DNA of 64,000 nucleotides from an uncultured Chryseobacterium sp. (GTDB lineage Bacteria; Bacteroidota; Bacteroidia; Flavobacteriales; Weeksellaceae): NCBI RefSeq assembly GCF_913778085.1, contig NZ_CAJYXJ010000008.1; one strand, 5' to 3'. Shown piece by piece: positions 40,557 to 52,157 of this stretch (position 1 is its first letter; each line of letters starts with the position of its first letter). The notes under the pieces were generated by a model. It saw only the letters and a program-made list of their open reading frames with translations, ran no database searches and was not told where the DNA came from. The position numbers and the translations under genes were made by a program.

Positions 40557-41018
40557 TTAAATCATCAGCCCATGGGTGTTTTTCACCTGTGCCATTACAA
40601 AAGTACTATGGGTACTTCCGATAGACGGTACGGCCCCAAGAATATTGAACACAAAATTCTGGTATTGCTTCATATCCCTTACGTGTACTTTCAGAAGAAA
40701 ATCAAAATCTCCGGAAATGCTGTAACATTCTGCAACCTCCTCGATTTCCAAAATCTCTCGTTCAAATTCCACAGCCAGATAACTGTCGTTGCTTTTCAAT
40801 TTCAGCTGGCAGTAAACCGTGAAACCCAAATTAAGTTTTTCTGCATCCAGGATCGCAGCATATTTTTTTACGTACCCTTCCTGTTCAAGTCTTTTTACCC
40901 TTTCAAAGACCGGTGACGGAGAAAGATTGACTTCTTTTGCCAGTTCTTTAACCGTTAATTTCGCATCGTTTTGAAGAAGTCTCAGCAACTGCATGTCTTT
41001 GGCATCCAGGTTATCCAT
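40557..41018 (-). CDS. Lrp/AsnC family regulator
   Basis: LDAKDMQLLRLLQNDAK...RVKRLEQEG; ISGDFDFLLKV. Confidence 0.95.
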   Translation of the reverse strand: MDNLDAKDMQLLRLLQNDAKLTVKELAKEVNLSPSPVFERVKRLEQEGYVKKYAAILDAEKLNLGFTVYCQLKLKSNDSYLAVEFEREILEIEEVAECYSISGDFDFLLKVHVRDMKQYQNFVFNILGAVPSIGSTHSTFVMAQVKNTHGLMI

Positions 41019-41713
41019 AGAATATTATTCTTTTAAAGGTTATTGCATGCAAATATAAAGGATTTTATTCTATTGAAACAGCCTTATAAAGTTTTATTTG
41101 CTGAATTTTAAACTTTATATAAATGATATATTCTAAATATGTAATTTTACTCAAAACAAAGCACCGGATTATGGTAGACGGTTTTTAATGTAAAATATAA
41201 GGGAATATTTTATATCGAGATCACTCTAATTGGGGAGTGGTCTCCTTTTTAAAATTTAAATATACAAAAAGAATTTTCATTTAAAGTACACATAAGTTAT
41301 ACTTAAATTAATCTTAGGGAGAGCAGCATTATGTAAATAGGCTGCTTTTTGTATTAAATAGCAAATTGCATCCGCAGGATCACAAATAAAGTTGAAGAGA
41401 AAAATGAGGGAAGTATGACGGTGGTCCATTTCGGCTTTTCCTCTTCCCCATGCAGAAAGATCAAGGCTCTAAAAAATTTTGTTGAGTCTCCTCAATTCCC
41501 GAAATTATGCTTTCGCTTACTATACCGGAGATCTCCCATTGCGAATCCTATCTCTAATGCAATAGCGATGCTGCCGTTTCTTTTAATTAAAGATCCGGTG
41601 CTGATTTTATACCGATGAAATATTCAGAATGGGTTTTTGTGAAACAGAGATTGATAAAAATTTTCAGTCCGACTTCTTTATCTGATAAAAACCTCCGGAA
41701 ATTTAAGGAGGCT

Positions 41714-42901
41714 TTATTTTGGCAGCTCGGGAACCGCAATATCCTGAGGTGCCGATGATAATGTCCTTAAAAATGCTTCCAGCTGGTAGATTTCTTCATC
41801 CGAAAGTTCCAGCATTCTTACCATTCCGGATTTTTCAGATTGTAACGCAATACCTTCATGTACCGTCGCTCTTTTAAGGGAGTTTTCGGGGTTTCCCCTG
41901 CTGTAAAAACGGATTACTTCCGTTAATGTTTTCATCGAGCCATTATGCATCCATGGCCCCGTACGGGACACTTCGCGCAGGCCCGGCACCCTGAACCTTC
42001 CTGCATCTTCAGGGTTTTTTGTAACCAGATATCGGCCCAGGTCCTCCCCTTTTTCACCCATCATCGATGTTCCTATATTCTCGAATTGGCTATTGGAAAA
42101 GTATCCCGAATTGTGACAGTTTATACATTGTGCCTTAGTCCGGAAAAGATGCAGACCCATCAGTTCGTCATTGGTAAATACATCCGCTTTTCCGTCAATG
42201 AAAAGATCAAATTTCCCGGGTGCACTTTTTATAGTTCTTTCAAAAGCAGCAATGGCTTTGGAAATCCGGTCTTTGGTCACCGATTTATCACCGAAAGCCT
42301 TTTCAAACAGAATTTCATATCCTTTTATCTTTGAGATCTTTCCGGTGGCTATTTCAATATGTTCTCCCATCTCCTTTTCATCCTCAATCGGCATTTGGGA
42401 CTGCTCTTCCAATGTTTTTGCACGGCCGTCCCAGAATAAGGATCTTGCATAGGCTACATTCAGAATGCTCATGGCATTGCGGGTTCCGAGCTGCCGGTCG
42501 TGCCCGAAAGAAAAAGTCCGGGTATCGCACCAGCCCAGCTCCGGGTCATGGCAGGAAGCACAGGCAATCTGGTTGGATTTTGAGAGCCTCGGATCGAAGA
42601 ATAACGTTCTTCCCAGCAATTCCTTTTCTGGAGAATACGGATTATTTTCAGGAAACGGCATTTCCGGAAGATGACCGATTTCTGAAAAAGAAGACAGGGA
42701 TTCCGGATCAAGCACAGGTTTTGGCCACTGTGAATCATCCCCCGAAGAATACAATTTTCTCAGGTGATCCATAAAAGCATTTTTACGATTGATTTCTTTT
42801 TGTACAGAATTGCTCAGACAATTTTGCAAAAGCGAGACGGCAAGAAATAAAACCAAAATCCAACTTAAAACATTCTTCATGAAGATCAGGAGTTTCCGCA
42901 A
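41714..42901 (-). CDS. Di-haem cytochrome c peroxidase (MauG/CcP family)
   Basis: LFFDPRLS, CASCH, FWDGRA, CINCH, PWMHNG; start may be 42880. Confidence 0.92.
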   Translation of the reverse strand: MRKLLIFMKNVLSWILVLFLAVSLLQNCLSNSVQKEINRKNAFMDHLRKLYSSGDDSQWPKPVLDPESLSSFSEIGHLPEMPFPENNPYSPEKELLGRTLFFDPRLSKSNQIACASCHDPELGWCDTRTFSFGHDRQLGTRNAMSILNVAYARSLFWDGRAKTLEEQSQMPIEDEKEMGEHIEIATGKISKIKGYEILFEKAFGDKSVTKDRISKAIAAFERTIKSAPGKFDLFIDGKADVFTNDELMGLHLFRTKAQCINCHNSGYFSNSQFENIGTSMMGEKGEDLGRYLVTKNPEDAGRFRVPGLREVSRTGPWMHNGSMKTLTEVIRFYSRGNPENSLKRATVHEGIALQSEKSGMVRMLELSDEEIYQLEAFLRTLSSAPQDIAVPELPK

Positions 42902-43219
42902 AAGTATGATATTTTTTAAATTGAATCAGGTAAATTAATTTCGACAAAGTAGAAATCATATTTACAGGCTTGAAGAGGGACGCGGAAGGCTGGAAGCTCT
43001 TCTGTTCGATAATAAAGTTTGTTATGAACCTACCGGAAGTCACCGACGAATTCAGCTGTGTTTAATAACATTAGGGTTAAACAAAAGCTTTTATTTAATG
43101 AACACATCAGTTTAAACCTGTATTTTTAGATTACCTGATAAAAATTCACCCATTGTTTATATAATTGAGAAGCAATAAGCTTATATTTAAGCCTTCATTC
43201 AAATAATAAACAAACTTAC

Positions 43220-45556
43220 ATGCAGATATTATCCCTGAAAACCGCTACCACTGCGGCAGCTCTCTGTTTCAGTACGGTCGTTTTTGCCCAGCAGAATTAT
43301 TCGGTGAGCGGTACGGTAAAAGACAGGAAAAACGGAGAATTGCTCATCGGCGTTACGGTAAAAGTTGCCGAGAATCCTAACATTTCCGTTATATCGAACG
43401 ATTACGGATTTTATTCCTTATCCCTTCCGCAGGGAATCTATCATCTTATCATTTCCAATCCCGGCTTTAAAGACTTTCAGCAGATTATTTCGCTGGACAA
43501 TAATACCAAGCAGGATTTATTGCTCGATTCAGGAGAAGGAGAAGACCGGATGGCGACGATTGATGAAGTGGTTGTTTCGGGCATTAAAAAAGATAAAAAC
43601 CTGACTTCCGCCCAAATGGGAACGGAAACGATCAGCATCAAGAATATTGAAAAGCTTCCGGTGCTTTTCGGCGAAAGGGATGTCATGAAGACCATCCAGC
43701 TTTTACCGGGAATAAAAAGCAATGGCGAAGGAAACAGTGGGTTCAGTGTGCGCGGAGGAGCTACCGACCAGAACCTGATCCTTCTTGATGAAGCAACCGT
43801 TTATAATGCTTCCCACTTACTGGGTTTTTTCAGCACCTTTAACAGCGATGCCCTTAAAGATGCCAGCATTATTAAGGGAAACAGCCCCGCACAATACGGC
43901 GGGCGGCTTTCTTCCGTACTTGACGTGAAAATGAAGGATGGAAACAACCAGGCCTATAATGTAAACGGAGGAATCGGGATCATCAGCAGCAGGTTAAGCG
44001 TTGAAGGACCTATCCAAAAGGAGAAATCGTCGTTTATCGTTTCGGGAAGAAGAACCTATGCGGATCTTTTCCTAAAAGCTACGGATGATTATAAAGACAA
44101 TAAGCTGTATTTCTATGATCTGAATTTAAAAGCCAATTATCAGGTAAATGAAAACAACCGGCTCTATTTATCCGGATACTTCGGGCGTGATGTTTTAGGA
44201 TTAGGAGACACTTTTGATTCAAACTGGGGCAATACAACCGCCACACTCCGTTGGAACAGCATTATCAACAGCAAGCTGTTTTCCAACACCTCGCTGATTT
44301 ACAGCAATTACAATTACGATTTCAGCTTAAGCAGTAACAACAATACCTTCGGACTTTCATCCAAGATTGAAGACTGGAACCTGAAGCAGGATTTTACCTG
44401 GTTTGCCGGCAATAAACATTCGATAAAATTCGGACTGCAGTCGGTATATCATACCATTACGCCAAGCAGTGCTTCGGGGACGAGTGTGAGCAGCTACCCT
44501 AGAAACCCGCGGTATTCCTGGGAAAATGCGTTATACCTCAATGACGATTTCAAAGCAACTGGAAAACTGACCGTCAATTACGGGCTTAGGCTTTCAATAT
44601 TCAGCGTTTTGGGAGGAGACACGTATAATTTCTACGACAAAGGAGTGCTTACCGGTTCAGAATTCCTCGCTAAAGGGACATTCGGAAAAACCTACGTTAA
44701 TGCCGAACCGAGAATTACTGCCAACTACCGGCTGAACGAAGTCAGCAGCATCAAAGGAGGCTACGCACGGAATACACAGAACCTGCATCTTTTAAGCAAC
44801 AGCGGCAGCGGAAACCCGACGGATCAATGGATCGGAAGCAGCTATACCGTAAAACCGGAAATTGCAGACCAGGTAAGTTTCGGATACAGCCGGAATTTCA
44901 GCAATAACAATTATGAACTGAATGCGGAGGTTTACTATAAATCCATGCAAAACCAGATCGATTACAAGAACGGTGCGCAAATTACGTTCGATACCGCAGC
45001 CGATGTGGAAAGCGAACTGCTGTTCGGAAAAGGGAGAGCCTATGGACTGGAGCTGATCGCCAAAAAGAAAAGCGGAAAACTGACCGGCTGGATTTCTTAT
45101 ACCCTGTCCAAAACCGAAAGAAAGATTGACGGAATCAACGACAACCAATGGTACAACGCAAGAATAGACAAAACACATGATCTTGCAGTGGTGGCTACCT
45201 ATCAGCTGAATCCCAAATGGTCTTTCTCCGGATTATTCGTCTACAGCACCGGAAATGCAGTGACTTTCCCAACCGGGAAATACGTACTTAACAACCAGTC
45301 GATCCTTCAGTACAGCAGCAGGAATGCCGACCGGATGCCCGCTTATCACAGGATGGACCTGAACGCCACTTATGAACCGGTGAGTAATAAACGCTTCAGA
45401 GGCTCATGGTCTTTCGGAATATATAATATTTACGGAAGGGAAAATGCCTACTCCATTGCTTTCAAAGATAATCCCGATATTCCGGGAACTTATCGTGCTG
45501 TGCAGACCTCGCTGTTCCGATGGGTTCCCAATATTACTTACAACTTTAAATTTTAA
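43220..45556 (+). CDS. TonB-dependent receptor
   Basis: CarboxypepD_reg-like N-terminus, RGGATDQNLILLD, YGGRLSSV, C-terminal NFKF. Confidence 0.95.
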   Translation: MQILSLKTATTAAALCFSTVVFAQQNYSVSGTVKDRKNGELLIGVTVKVAENPNISVISNDYGFYSLSLPQGIYHLIISNPGFKDFQQIISLDNNTKQDLLLDSGEGEDRMATIDEVVVSGIKKDKNLTSAQMGTETISIKNIEKLPVLFGERDVMKTIQLLPGIKSNGEGNSGFSVRGGATDQNLILLDEATVYNASHLLGFFSTFNSDALKDASIIKGNSPAQYGGRLSSVLDVKMKDGNNQAYNVNGGIGIISSRLSVEGPIQKEKSSFIVSGRRTYADLFLKATDDYKDNKLYFYDLNLKANYQVNENNRLYLSGYFGRDVLGLGDTFDSNWGNTTATLRWNSIINSKLFSNTSLIYSNYNYDFSLSSNNNTFGLSSKIEDWNLKQDFTWFAGNKHSIKFGLQSVYHTITPSSASGTSVSSYPRNPRYSWENALYLNDDFKATGKLTVNYGLRLSIFSVLGGDTYNFYDKGVLTGSEFLAKGTFGKTYVNAEPRITANYRLNEVSSIKGGYARNTQNLHLLSNSGSGNPTDQWIGSSYTVKPEIADQVSFGYSRNFSNNNYELNAEVYYKSMQNQIDYKNGAQITFDTAADVESELLFGKGRAYGLELIAKKKSGKLTGWISYTLSKTERKIDGINDNQWYNARIDKTHDLAVVATYQLNPKWSFSGLFVYSTGNAVTFPTGKYVLNNQSILQYSSRNADRMPAYHRMDLNATYEPVSNKRFRGSWSFGIYNIYGRENAYSIAFKDNPDIPGTYRAVQTSLFRWVPNITYNFKF

Positions 45557-45559
45557 CTG

Positions 45560-46357
45560 ATGAAAAACTTTTTTTTAAGTATAATATCCCTGCTCTTTAT
45601 GGTTTCATGTGAAAAAAATATCGACCTGGACCTGGAAGACCAAAGCGGAAAAATCGTGATCGAAGGAAATATTACGGATGATACCGGCCCTTACCTCGTT
45701 AAAATTACCAAATCGGTGGCCTACACTTCGGCCGAATCTTATACTGTTATTGAAAATGCAAAGGTCATCATAAGCGATAATACAGGGCAGAGCGAGACGC
45801 TGACTTACGCAGGAGACGGATTTTATGTAACCAATACTTTCACTGCAGAGCCGGGAAGGACCTACACGCTGAAAGTAACTGCGGAAGGACAGCAGTATTC
45901 TGCGCAGAGCACAATGCCGCAGCCGGTATTATTTGACGGGCTGGAGCAGGATTCGTTTATGGTGGCGGGAGAAAAAAGCTACACCCTGCTTCCCATTTTT
46001 ACGGATCCGCCCGCATTAGGCAACCGCTACCTTTTCATATTTTCCGTAAACAATACTTCTCAGCGGTTTTTCTCGGTATTTTCAGATAATGTCAATAACG
46101 GCTTACCGAATCAAAGACCTCTGCTGATGCCTAATGACAAAGACGGAATCAAAGTGAAGGCAGGCGATACCATTCATGTTGAAATGCAGTGTATCGACCA
46201 AAACATATTTACCTATTATTCCGCCCTGCTTCAGATTTTAGACGGGGGTGCCGGTGCAGGCGTCACACCGGCCAACCCGCCTAGCAACATCAGTAATGGT
46301 GCGCTGGGTTATTTTTCAGCCCATACGGTAAGAACTCAGAATAAAGTAATTCAGTAA
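45560..46357 (+). CDS. DUF4249 family lipoprotein
   Basis: Lipobox MVSC; PANPPSNISNGALGYF; 3 nt after the receptor. Confidence 0.9.
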   Translation: MKNFFLSIISLLFMVSCEKNIDLDLEDQSGKIVIEGNITDDTGPYLVKITKSVAYTSAESYTVIENAKVIISDNTGQSETLTYAGDGFYVTNTFTAEPGRTYTLKVTAEGQQYSAQSTMPQPVLFDGLEQDSFMVAGEKSYTLLPIFTDPPALGNRYLFIFSVNNTSQRFFSVFSDNVNNGLPNQRPLLMPNDKDGIKVKAGDTIHVEMQCIDQNIFTYYSALLQILDGGAGAGVTPANPPSNISNGALGYFSAHTVRTQNKVIQ

Positions 46358-46518
46358 AGTTTATACCAACAAAAAAGACTGTCTGTTATTTTTCAGGCAG
46401 TTTTTTATTCTTTAAGCATATGGCTGTTAATTCTTTAAAACTTTTTTCATAAAATTAGTTCTGCCTGATGTAACAATTACTCACTGTAGGATGTCTTATT
46501 GATAGAAACATAGTTTAC

Positions 46519-48681
46519 ATGAAAAACATTTTGATGCCGATTATCTTTTTAGCAGGCATTTTTACCTATGCCCAGGCCGAAAAAGACACCTTAAAATCAA
46601 AAGAAAAAGCCATCGAAGGCGTTACCGTAACGGTAAGAAAGCCTACCATCGAATCCAAAGTCGACCGAACCGTTTTCAATGTTGCCAACAGCTCCGTCCT
46701 GGCCGGAAATACCACATGGGACGTCCTGAGAATGACCCCGTTGGTAAGCATCGATAACAATGATGCCATTAAGGCGGAAGGTGAAACCGTTACCGTATAT
46801 ATCAACGACAGAAAATCGGTTTTCACGGGAAAGGAATTAAAGGAATATTTAAAGACCATCCCGGCAGACAACCTTATGAAAATCGAAGTGATTACAAGTC
46901 CTTCTTCGCGCTATGAAGCTACCGGATCCGTTATTAATATTGTTCTGAAAAAACGGGATGACGAAGGATTTAAAGGAAGCATTACACTCAATAACAGGCA
47001 GAATACCAAAAATTCGCAGTACACCAATGCCAACATCAATTACCACAGAAAAAATTTCACACAGACCCTGATCGGAAGCTATGGCGACAATACCAATGTA
47101 CAGAGAAATTCCAGTATTCAGACCCTATACGCCGATAATTCCACCACCTTCAGGAATTCGCAAACCATAGGGCATTCCAAAAGCCCTTCCCTTTCTTCAA
47201 CTTCGGAATTTGAACTGAATAACAAAAATACGGTAGGGCTGATCCTGGAATATTACCAGAGTAATTCACGATCCACTGCTGAAGCGGACGGATTAAAAAA
47301 CATTAACGGTGAATTCAATAATTCCTATACACAGAACCAAAGTTCGGACGGGCTGAACCGGAATTTCGGAACCAACGTCTTCTACAAATGGTACGATAAG
47401 GAAAAAAATAAGATACTTGACGTTAATCTGGGCAGTAATTATTATGGTGACTGGAATAATGATTATTTTCTGAAAAATATGATCTCGGCCACAAATCCTA
47501 ATATCATTCAGGCACAGGAAATCGGCGTACTTACCGACACGGAAAACCGGAATTACTATGTAAAAGTAGATTACACCCAGCCTCTCGGAAAGTCAGGTGG
47601 AAACTTTGAGGTCGGCGGAAAAATGGATTTCAATAATAATGTGATCCCGAACAGCCTGTACGGAAATATGCTTTCAGGGCTGAGCAGCAGGGATGTTTTT
47701 CATTACGAGGACAATATCAACTCGCTGTATGCCAACTACAGCAAAACCTTTTTTAAAAAGCTGGAAACACGTATCGGGCTGCGTTACGAGCATATCGATT
47801 ATAAAATACGCCAGGATGTTGCCGGCACTTCCCGCAAAGATTCCTACGGCAGGCTGCTGCCGAATATTTTGCTGAAATATTCTTTCTCCGATAAATATGA
47901 CCTAAGTTTAACGTACAGCAAAAATATCTGGCGTCCATGGTATGCGGAATTCAATCCTTTTCTCATTCCGAACAACGACGGATTCTACAGCCGGGGCAAT
48001 ATGAGTCTGGAACCCAATCCAAGCCAAAGGGTCTATATGAAACTTGGAATCCTCAAAAAGTATTTTATCTCCGGAAGATATATGTTTACCGACCAGGACT
48101 ATTGGACCGACTACGTTACGGAAGGAAGCAGAACCATTTCCCAGCCATCCAACTTTGCAGGAAAGGTGCATAAATATTATGTATTTGCCAATACCAACCA
48201 GACATTTTTTAAAAATAAATTCACGGTGAATCTCGGATTGGGCTGGTATTATATCGACAACAGCGACTTCAACCGCAGAAACGGCTTGGGAACAGACAAC
48301 AGCTATGTCAATTACCTCAGTGCATCAACTAACCTTTCTTACACCAATCTTTTTAACAAAAACATCAACCTGAGCGCATGGGTGGAAGTTTCCAACCAGA
48401 ACAACGGAAACTCCACGACCAATAAGCCCAATATCTTCCATAATATTTCAGCGACGAAAATCTTCCCGAAAACCCAAATGGAAGTCAGCCTGCAGCTGAT
48501 GAATATCTTCCAGCGGCCGAATTACGACGCCACGACCTACGTACAGGGCGGAACTTTCAGAAATTCATCAAAATGGGACTGGTACGGTTTTTCGATTTCA
48601 TTCGTGAAACGTTTCGGGAACCAGAAAGTGAAGGAAAATACCAAAACCGATGTCGAGAAAAACGGCGGTGGCGGGAAATAA
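46519..48681 (+). CDS. Outer-membrane beta-barrel / TonB-dependent receptor-like protein
   Basis: KVDRTVFNV, IEVITSPSSRYEA, GGNFEVGGK; C-terminal FVKRFGN. Confidence 0.88.
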   Translation: MKNILMPIIFLAGIFTYAQAEKDTLKSKEKAIEGVTVTVRKPTIESKVDRTVFNVANSSVLAGNTTWDVLRMTPLVSIDNNDAIKAEGETVTVYINDRKSVFTGKELKEYLKTIPADNLMKIEVITSPSSRYEATGSVINIVLKKRDDEGFKGSITLNNRQNTKNSQYTNANINYHRKNFTQTLIGSYGDNTNVQRNSSIQTLYADNSTTFRNSQTIGHSKSPSLSSTSEFELNNKNTVGLILEYYQSNSRSTAEADGLKNINGEFNNSYTQNQSSDGLNRNFGTNVFYKWYDKEKNKILDVNLGSNYYGDWNNDYFLKNMISATNPNIIQAQEIGVLTDTENRNYYVKVDYTQPLGKSGGNFEVGGKMDFNNNVIPNSLYGNMLSGLSSRDVFHYEDNINSLYANYSKTFFKKLETRIGLRYEHIDYKIRQDVAGTSRKDSYGRLLPNILLKYSFSDKYDLSLTYSKNIWRPWYAEFNPFLIPNNDGFYSRGNMSLEPNPSQRVYMKLGILKKYFISGRYMFTDQDYWTDYVTEGSRTISQPSNFAGKVHKYYVFANTNQTFFKNKFTVNLGLGWYYIDNSDFNRRNGLGTDNSYVNYLSASTNLSYTNLFNKNINLSAWVEVSNQNNGNSTTNKPNIFHNISATKIFPKTQMEVSLQLMNIFQRPNYDATTYVQGGTFRNSSKWDWYGFSISFVKRFGNQKVKENTKTDVEKNGGGGK

Positions 48682-48859
48682 TTGGTATCAATCAATTAAG
48701 CTTATTATCTAACTTAAGTATATCTATTACAAAACGGGCCATGATTCAAGTTCAGGGTCCTTTATTTTTCCAGATCCGTAATTTACATACAAACTCCGTT
48801 GTTTTGCATACATCCACTCCATGATTTCTGCGGAACTTTGTTTTTATAAAAATCGAAAT

Positions 48860-49867
48860 ATGAAATTAACACACATTGAATTGGGAAACCAAGGTTTGGA
48901 AGTTTCTGTGATCGGATTGGGATGTATGGGAATGACGGGCTTTGAAGAAGCAGATACTTATGGAAAATCTGACGAAAAAGAGGCGATTGCCACTATTCAC
49001 CGTTCGTTTGAACTGGGGGGAAATTTCCTGGATACTGCCGATCTTTACGGTCCGCTGAAAAACGAGCAGCTGATCGCCAAAGCCGTTGGAAACCAACGCG
49101 ACAGGTATATCATTGCTACAAAATTCGGCTGGGAAATCGATGATCAGAATAAAATCACCTGGGCCATCAACGGGACAAAAGAATATGTAAAAAAAGCCGT
49201 GGAAAGATCCCTGAAAAACTTAAAGACCGATTATATCGATCTGTATTACATGCACCGGCTGGATAAAAATACGCCGGTTGAGGAAACCGTTGGCGCCATG
49301 AGTGAGCTGGTGCAGGAAGGAAAGGTAAAATTTATCGGGTTGTCGGAAGTTTCTTCCGAAACGGTGAAAAAGGCCCATCAGATTCATCCCATCACTGCTA
49401 TACAAAGCGAATTTTCCCTTTTTGAAAGAACTGTGGAAGAAAAAGGGGTCCTGAAAACATTGCACGAACTGGGAATCGGTTTTGTAGCTTACTCACCGTT
49501 GGGAAGAGGCTTCCTGTCCGGACAGATCAGGACCGTTGAGGACTTGCCGGAAAATGATTTCCGCAGGGGAATCCCTCGTTTCCAGGGCGAATATTTCATA
49601 AAGAATATAGAGCTGGTGGAAGCCATAGAAAAAATGGCGCAAGAAAAAAGCATTACCGCTTCCCAGCTTGCTCTGGCCTGGATTATGAGCAAGGGCATTG
49701 TTCCGATCCCGGGAACCAAACGCAGAAAATACCTTGAAGAGAATATTGCATCTGCTGCCGTAGAATTAAGCGAAAATGATATTTTGAAACTGGAAAGTAT
49801 CGTACCTTTAGGAACCGATACAGGGGCACCGTATGACGAATTCAGTATGGGACTTCTGGATTATTAA
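48860..49867 (+). CDS. Aldo/keto reductase
   Basis: IGLGCMG, DTADLYG, IDLYYMHR, IPGT; start moved to 48860. Confidence 0.95.
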   Translation: MKLTHIELGNQGLEVSVIGLGCMGMTGFEEADTYGKSDEKEAIATIHRSFELGGNFLDTADLYGPLKNEQLIAKAVGNQRDRYIIATKFGWEIDDQNKITWAINGTKEYVKKAVERSLKNLKTDYIDLYYMHRLDKNTPVEETVGAMSELVQEGKVKFIGLSEVSSETVKKAHQIHPITAIQSEFSLFERTVEEKGVLKTLHELGIGFVAYSPLGRGFLSGQIRTVEDLPENDFRRGIPRFQGEYFIKNIELVEAIEKMAQEKSITASQLALAWIMSKGIVPIPGTKRRKYLEENIASAAVELSENDILKLESIVPLGTDTGAPYDEFSMGLLDY

Positions 49868-49881
49868 TTTATATTTAGATC

Positions 49882-50784
49882 ATGAATACCATTCAGTCTC
49901 TTTCCGCTTTCCACCGCCTGCTTTCTCTTCCCGAACCGAAACATCCGCTGGTAAGCGTCATTGATTTATCCGATGCCGTCTTTGCTGAAAACGACGTCTG
50001 GAAAGGTTTTGTCAACAGGTTTTACTGTATTGCTTTAAAAAGGGAAGCTACCGGCAAGATGCGGTACGGGCAGCAGCATTATGATTACGATAAGGGTGTG
50101 CTGAGCTTTACTGCTCCGAACCAGATTCAGTATCTTGACATCCATTCGATGGATTGCCACGGAAAAGGATATCTTCTTGTCTTTCACGAAGATTTCCTTC
50201 TGAAACATCCGCTTGCCCAGGCAATTTCCGATTACGGATTTTTCTCTTATGCCGTTAACGAAGCCCTGCATTTGTCGGAGGACGAAGAAAACGACCTGGT
50301 AGAAATATTTTATAAAATAGATAAGGAATGCCGCCATATCGACCGTCATACCCAGGAAATTATTCTTTCCCAAATCGATTTGCTGTTGAATTATTCAACC
50401 CGTTTTTACGAAAGGCAGTTTATCACAAGGAAAAGCGGTAATCATGATATTCTTACAAAGTTTGAGCAATATCTTAATGATTATTACAGAGAAGATATTT
50501 GTGAGCAGGGAATTTTAACGGTGCAGCACGCCGCTGAAGCAATGAATCTATCTCCAAATTATCTGAGCGATCTTCTGCGCATCCATACCGGAAAGAATAC
50601 TCAGCAGCATATTCATGAAAAGCTGATTGCCAAAGCGAAAGAAAAACTGTCCGCGACCCAGCTCTCGGTAAGTGAAATTGCTTATGCTCTGGGATTTGAG
50701 CACTCACAATCTTTCAGCACCTTATTCAGAAAGAAGACAAATATGGCTCCTCTGGAATTCAGAACAAAATTCAGGTTTAATTAA
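49882..50784 (+). CDS. AraC family regulator
   Basis: YLSDLL...GKNTQQHIH, EIAYALGFEHSQSFSTLFRKK. Confidence 0.95.
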   Translation: MNTIQSLSAFHRLLSLPEPKHPLVSVIDLSDAVFAENDVWKGFVNRFYCIALKREATGKMRYGQQHYDYDKGVLSFTAPNQIQYLDIHSMDCHGKGYLLVFHEDFLLKHPLAQAISDYGFFSYAVNEALHLSEDEENDLVEIFYKIDKECRHIDRHTQEIILSQIDLLLNYSTRFYERQFITRKSGNHDILTKFEQYLNDYYREDICEQGILTVQHAAEAMNLSPNYLSDLLRIHTGKNTQQHIHEKLIAKAKEKLSATQLSVSEIAYALGFEHSQSFSTLFRKKTNMAPLEFRTKFRFN

Positions 50785-50886
50785 ATGAAAAGGCTGAAAG
50801 AAGGATGATGAATGTCCGAAGTTATATTCTTAAAAACTTCCGAACGCTTTTTCCCAACTTTCAGCCTTTAATACAGTTTAAACTGA

Positions 50887-52113
50887 CTATTGCTTACGGA
50901 TACGGTATAATCTACCGCCGTCCGTTACCGTGTACAGGCTATTGTCCAGTCCCTGTGTAATATCCCTAAAACGCTGGTTCTCACTGGCGAGAAGTCTTTC
51001 TTCCCCTACAACTTTATTATTTTCGATGACCAGTCTTGCGATGTGCATCCCGCTCAGTGAAGCTACAAAAAGATTATTCTGCCACTCAGGCATGTTATTT
51101 CCTTTATAGAAAGTAATGCCACTCGGCGAAATGACGGGGTCCCAATAATATACAGGCTGTTCCATGCCCGATTGCTGCTGGATTCCGTTTCCAATCGTTG
51201 CACCGCTGTATTCGATGCCATAAGTAATGGTAGGCCAACCGTAATTTTTACCGGCCTGTACCCTGTTGATCTCATCACCGCCTCTCGGGCCGTGTTCGCT
51301 TTGCCATAATTCCCCTGTTACCGGATGTATCGCAATTCCCTGGGGGTTTCTATGTCCAATACTGTAGAGTTCCGGCAAAGCACCCGATTGGGTAAAGGTA
51401 GGGTTGCCAGGTGCCGGCTGTCCGCTGGTGGTAATTCTTAAGATTTTTCCTAAAGCTGCGGTTACCGACTGGGCCAAAGGTCTGGTCGAAAGGTCTGAAC
51501 GTTCTCCTGTGCTCACAAATAAATTTCCGGTGCTGTCGAACAGGATTCTTCCACCATAATGCAGGTTGCCGACATTTGCTGAAGGGCTGGCCCTGTAAAT
51601 CACGGCCGGATTTTCAATCATCGTTTCCGAATTGGAAAGTCTTCCTTTCGCCACGGAAGTTATATTCCCTCCCGAAACGTTCTCAGAGAATACCCAATAT
51701 ACCATTCTGTTGGAGGAGAACTGAGGATCTACACAAACGCCCAGCAATCCGCCCTGTCCTCCGGAATTTACGGCAGGAAGCCCGGTAATGGCACTGCTTA
51801 CCGTTCCGGTAGTACTGACGATTCTCATGGTTCCGGCTTTTTCGGTAACCAGTAATCTCCCATCCGGTAAACTGGTGATTCCCCAAGGTGATGATAAGGA
51901 TGAGGTTACGATTTCCCCAACAAATGCTGTTGAAGTCTTTACGCCGTTCGCACGGGTCTGCCCCGAAAATGCAGGCTGGTAATTCGTATTGGCTGCATTG
52001 GTCTCTACCGGTGGCAATACGGGTCCGTTGTTTCCGTTTTCATCGATGGTTTCTGAACAGCTGGCCAACAGCATTGAGACTGCTGCCAGGATTTGGTAAG
52101 TTGTTATTTTCAT
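50887..52113 (-). CDS. PQQ-dependent sugar dehydrogenase (GSDH) lipoprotein
   Basis: Lipobox LASC; GQGGLLG, HYGGRI, GHRNPQG, EHGPRGGDEIN, NYGWP. Confidence 0.93.
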   Translation of the reverse strand: MKITTYQILAAVSMLLASCSETIDENGNNGPVLPPVETNAANTNYQPAFSGQTRANGVKTSTAFVGEIVTSSLSSPWGITSLPDGRLLVTEKAGTMRIVSTTGTVSSAITGLPAVNSGGQGGLLGVCVDPQFSSNRMVYWVFSENVSGGNITSVAKGRLSNSETMIENPAVIYRASPSANVGNLHYGGRILFDSTGNLFVSTGERSDLSTRPLAQSVTAALGKILRITTSGQPAPGNPTFTQSGALPELYSIGHRNPQGIAIHPVTGELWQSEHGPRGGDEINRVQAGKNYGWPTITYGIEYSGATIGNGIQQQSGMEQPVYYWDPVISPSGITFYKGNNMPEWQNNLFVASLSGMHIARLVIENNKVVGEERLLASENQRFRDITQGLDNSLYTVTDGGRLYRIRKQ

Positions 52114-52157
52114 ATCTCAAAATTTGGTGATTTGACAGTAATTTCAGTTGTTGTGTA

